Below, piece after piece: positions 46,082 through 64,000 of a stretch of 64,000 nt of DNA. Location of the stretch: assembly GCA_020137815.1 (NCBI GenBank), contig CM035360.1, forward strand, positions 434,001 to 498,000. Reading direction: 5' to 3'. Numbering within the stretch: position 1 is the stretch's first letter; every line of letters starts with the position of its first letter. The notes below the pieces were generated by a model. The model worked only from the letters and a program-made list of their open reading frames with translations, made no database searches and was not told the DNA's origin. Origin of the DNA: Hormiphora californensis. Its lineage: Eukaryota; Animalia; Ctenophora. The position numbers and the translations under genes were made by a program.

Positions 46082-48722
46082 ATGCACTGAACTGCTGTAG
46101 ACATCACCCACTCACTTCATACACACACAAACACCCACACACATGACCAAGCCTGTACGACAGGTTATTGATCACCGGCTGTATTACAGCACGAGAGAGC
46201 CGTCACTAGTATCGTGCAGTGATCCGAAGATCATGATAACAATTAATATGACGTGATCAACTGCTATAGCCCAACTGTTCATTCTGAGAATTCTGATACA
46301 AAGATATTATTGCCGTACTGATATATGAGGTAACTCCAACCCCCCAGTTTCATCTCCTTGTTTAACATGGGAGTTACCAAGGGAATCCACTGGGTTCGAT
46401 TAATCTAGGCACATACCCACAGTACTATTCGAATTGGCGTATCTTTATATCAGGAATCTCGGATAGCAACAATCCTTGTGTTTTATTGCTATCTGAACAG
46501 ATTAGGCGTATAGACAGGGCTCTTATTATCATATATCAGTACGGCAATAATATCTTTGTATCAGAATTCTCAGAATGAACAGTTGGGCTATAGCAGTTGA
46601 TCACGTCATATTAATTGTTATCATGATCTTCGGATCACTGCACGATACTAGTGACGGCTCTCTCGTGCTGTAATACAGCCGGTGATCAATAACCTGTCGT
46701 ACAGGCTTGGTCATGTGTGTGGGTGTTTGTGTGTGTATGAAGTGAGTGGGTGATGTCTACAGCAGTTCAGTGCATAATTAAAAAAAAAAAAAAAAAAACA
46801 TTATCCTTGAAACGTGAGCACTGCTGATAATAAGAGCCCTGTCTATACGCCTAATCTGTTCAGATAGCAATAAAACACAAGGATTGTTGCTATCCGAGAT
46901 TCCTGATATAAAGATACGCCAATTCGAATAGTACTGTGGGTATGTGCCTAGATTAATCGAACCCAGTGGATTCCCTTGGTAACTCCCATGTTAAACAAGG
47001 AGATGAAACTGGGGGGTTGGAGTTACCTCATATATCAGTACGGCAATAATATCTTTGTATCAGAATTCTCAGAATGAACAGTTGGGCTATAGCAGTTGAT
47101 CACGTCATATTAATTGAATAAGAATATGATCAGGTCAATGCTCTGACATATACTATCGGGTTAGGTTGGCCTGCACTATTAAGATGAATTGCCTAGCTAG
47201 ACTGTGTTTCGGGCGCCCCGCCTCTTTACAAATGTAAAGGGAGGGTTAGAACATAACAAAAGATGAAACTATATCACGTGGCTGTGGTGATAACCTACTT
47301 GAGCGGTTTCCTATCACTCTCTCTAATATCAAAGAGTTTCAAGAACAATGCACTGTCAACTGTTACTTTCCAAGGCCTGTGACCCCCGCAAGATTTCCTT
47401 ATTTTAGCAACCAGTTCATGCCGGGGTTCATCAAGTGTAGTGCATACCACATCTGCAATGCCAAACTTCTTCTTAATGACCTGAAACAAGAATTATTATT
47501 ATTAATGATAATAATACTCATACATACATATCCTGCTTATATTCTACAGGGAAAGCAGAGCTTTACAGATGCTGCCACTGAAGGAAACTCAGAGCAGTTA
47601 ACTAACACTTGACCCAATTTTAGAGACTAAACAACCCTCTGTAAAGGAGGGTTAGAACATAACAGGAACCGACCGACACAAGTAAACGACCAATCAGAAC
47701 TCCTTATTTAGGTCACATGACTGGTTATCACTTATCAGCCAATCAGGGACCAGTATTTCCTGATTCTGTCGGTTCCTGACGGTTGGGCAGTTACCTTTTT
47801 GATAGTGTCCTCATTATACAGGACCTGATCCATGTGGGTCACTAAAACCCCAATTAGCTTGTCAGGCAGGTGGGGGGTCAACTTGTCAGAGTAGTACTCT
47901 AGCGTTTTGATGGTCGTGTCTTGCCGGACCTCCGCCTTCACAATAATCAATATCTAATTTGGTGTTAATTGGGTGTTAATTGGGCGTTTGGGTGTTAATT
48001 GGGTGTTTGGGTGTTAATTGGGTATTTTTTTGTTCGCATGTTGGTTTGAAATTCTTCATACGAAGACACAGAGTCTGTGTCACAGACATGTTGGTGGGCA
48101 AATGTTTAGTTGGTACTTGGTGGGCAAAGAACCCGGGTAATGCAATAGTAGGGTAGCGACTGGCTATTTGAAATGGCGGCTAATTTGAAACACCCCCTCT
48201 ACAGGCCAGCAGGTGCACCAGATTTGGATTTTTAGACATCAGTGGGATAGTCAGAACTCATGCCAAGCCCACTGATGTCTAAAAATCTGGTGCACCTGTT
48301 TCAAATTAGCCGCTATTTCAAATAGCCAGTCGCTACCCTACTGCAGCAATCATTATAGTACCTTAGAGAGAGGCATAAAATTAATTGCTCCTGCAATCCA
48401 CTGACTCTCCTCCATCTTGCCATCATTACACCCAGGGGTGTCACTGATAACCATACTGCCATCATACGTCCAAAATGGTTCCGCAGTTCTCGAATCACTT
48501 CGCCCAGTTAATTGACCTGTTAATTTCTCAGTAACAAGTGAACAAGTAAACAACCAATCAGAACTCGTTATTTAGGTCACGTGACTGGTTATCAGCCAAT
48601 CAGGGACCAGTATTTCCTGATTCGGTCGGTTCCTAACCTGTTAGTTTCTCCACCACAGTCGATTTACCCGTACCCGGATCCCCGACCATCACAACGTAAG
48701 GGGTTGTGGGGACGGCCATCAT
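43614..48722 (-). CDS. P-loop GTPase (AIG1/GIMAP-like G domain) with a C-terminal IBR/RING2-like Cys motif, multi-exon
   Basis: G1 VMVGDPGTGKST (48722-48638), G3 ISDTPG (48516-48362) and G4 LVTHMD (47953-47795). Further in-phase exons ~47480-47299, ~44867-44758 and ~44577-44439, then from ~44276 RQCPHC..GCKGATTCG..GCGKSIEW. Confidence 0.75.
44623..44729. mobile_element. ~105-bp TIR element (CAGGAACCGACCGA...TCGGTCGGTTCCTG), at least 9 copies in the window
   Basis: Copies or fragments at ~7545, 23186, 27295, 40640, 41737, 43445, 44623, 47663 and 48538. Internal CCAATCAG x2 and GTCACGTGAC; no consistent short TSD. Confidence 0.85.
45054..47115 (-). mobile_element. Multimeric ~480-bp poly(A) retroposon array with an inverted 5' segment
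   Basis: Three poly(T)-headed tandem units (45054, 45529, 46020), then an inverted copy 46531-47115; 13-bp TSD GAATAAGAATATG (45041-45053, 47116-47128). Confidence 0.85.
48146..48343. mobile_element. Palindromic MITE in a GTPase intron
   Basis: AGTAGGGTAGCGACTGGCTATTTGAAAT...ATTTCAAATAGCCAGTCGCTACCCTACT. Confidence 0.75.
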
Positions 48723-49518
48723 GGCCTTCCGTATCAAGCCAACTAAATTTTGCATTTTGGAAAAGTTCTCAGTAGAAAAATTGATTAACGCTTGGTTATT
48801 TTATACCCATTATAATGGCCGCGAGATAATCTAATAGATTTCTCCAGTTGCCCCAATTCGGATAAACTACTTTTAAACAAGGAAATTAATTATTAAACAA
48901 GGAAATTATCACAAAAGTGGAAGCTACTTTTGAGTTTTGAGTAGAAAACTTCTATTTTAGTCTTAATTATCTTAATCTAAATAATCTTAATAATCCAATT
49001 ATTCATTTGACCATTTACATTAATCAAAATTGTGTGGGGGGAGGGGGCTGAAGTTTTTGAAGTTTTCCTTTCTACTTTTTGAGTTTTTGAATTCGACTTC
49101 AAAAACTTCAAAAAATCGCAGTTATTTAAATATTCACCATCAAAACACCCCTACACCCCCATTTTCAGGCAGTTAAATGTATCAGTGCTGCTTGTAGTCA
49201 TATTACCGTAATGGAAATACAGTAATGAGACACGCACGGTGCATAATGCACGGCAAAAAGTGCATGTGTTCAGCACGTACTAGCGCCCTGATTGGCCCGT
49301 TGCACGTCGTCTTACTGTATCTCCGTTTTCCATTACCGTTTTCCCACTACAAGCGACCGTGTAAAACTTGACTGCCGGACCCCTCGCACACCCACCCACC
49401 CTAACTGGCATGGGTGTCAACACCCCCCCTCCCGGATATAACTCTTTTCAGGACAAAATCGAATACATATAGTTTATATTTAATCACCCCTTGACTTGAC
49501 TTATTATTCTACCTACAG

Positions 49519-63029
<13,511 letters not shown>

Positions 63030-64000
63030 GTTGTACCAGTTTACTAGCCAACCTGGGAGCCTCTGAGATGTACTCTAGCTTGCAGCTGTGGGAGGGTAGG
63101 AGCTACCCACCTCTCATTCAACAGTCTGTGGGAGGATTGAGCAAGACAGCAAGAGCCTTTAGGGGGTGATATCAATGCAATCTCTTACTCTCTAAAAACT
63201 GTCGTACGAGACACTGAAAACTGTGAAGGTTGTATTTCTATTCAATACCCAATAGATAGATAAATTAGGTTAATCTTCTCTATTTGTGAAAACCTGTTAT
63301 ATTTTAAAAAGTCACGATCTGGACTCCAGACTGGAGTTGCAGTATTTTTAAATGTAATTATTTTCTGCTCACGTTTGATCCCATAATATGTGGTGTTGTC
63401 AGATCGGGCCGCCGCCAGAAAGTTATTGGTGATTCATACAAACAATTTAATTAATTTTTACCCAGAAAATGACAGATCGATTTATAGTATTAATTGAATG
63501 AGATTAGGGTGCCCGCGAGTGAACTTGTGTAGTTCATTCTGTGCTGTCTGGTGGCGCCGGCCCGATCTGAGCGCACTATTGAGAATCAAGGTCTTGCGCC
63601 GCCAGACAGGGTTTTTTCCTGAGTTTTGATAGTTAAAAAGAGGATACGCAGCGGGTTTATGAGGGGTTTATGAGTATGGCTGTGATCAGGCCAGTGCTCT
63701 GCCAGGTTTATGATTATTTGTAAGTGATATTTAAACTTATATTTTTGCAGTTGACCTGCCCAAATTAATATCTTGAGTTTCGTTTCGTTACACTTACAGT
63801 TACACCGCCGTCTCTGGCTTATATTGACCATTGACCAACCTACAAAAAGTACCCTGGTATCCCTGGCTTATTTGCCATGCTACGCAGTCTGTTTGTCACT
63901 TTGAGCGCCTCGGGCCCTGTGTGAGAGCTGACAGACAAGGAACATGTCATTATGTCAATGTTTCTCGTCCATGATGAGATATCCATGTACTCAGATCGAG

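Noticed and set aside
45054-47115. Hammerhead retrozyme call
   Set aside because: No canonical CTGANGA/GAAA core found by eye; left as an open test rather than a feature.
63040-64000. Possible minus-strand exons at the window end
   Set aside because: No consistent open frame or recognisable domain could be established.

Overview
AT-rich, intron-dense animal genomic DNA. It is probably ctenophore (Pleurobrachia-like), an inference from the abundant ~105-bp CAGGAACCGACCGA element and the LDLa-7TM receptor. Genes reconstructed by hand across GT-AG introns: an RRM-MYND-Tudor (Vreteno/TDRD1-like) gene, TBATA/SPATIAL-like, intronless MECR, EBAG9, an unidentified basic 4-exon segment, an LDLa-repeat GPCR with a frameshift, an SLC38/AAAP amino-acid transporter, a P-loop GTPase with a Cys-rich tail, and ATAD2 carrying an antisense carbohydrate sulfotransferase in one intron. 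Non-coding DNA is full of MITEs, three minisatellite-filled foldback-type DNA elements with different TSDs, a tRNA-derived SINE, LINE fragments and satellites. The most unusual signals are: (1) systematic tandem duplication ('echoes') of splice junctions, including one intron made almost entirely of a mobile element plus a duplicated AG|GT site; (2) an in-frame splice that would fuse the GTPase to the amino-acid transporter; (3) a TSD-bounded multimeric, partly inverted poly(A) retro-insertion; (4) splice acceptors just upstream of nearly every start codon, suggesting SL trans-splicing or operons. All exon models are manual and unverified by RNA data.
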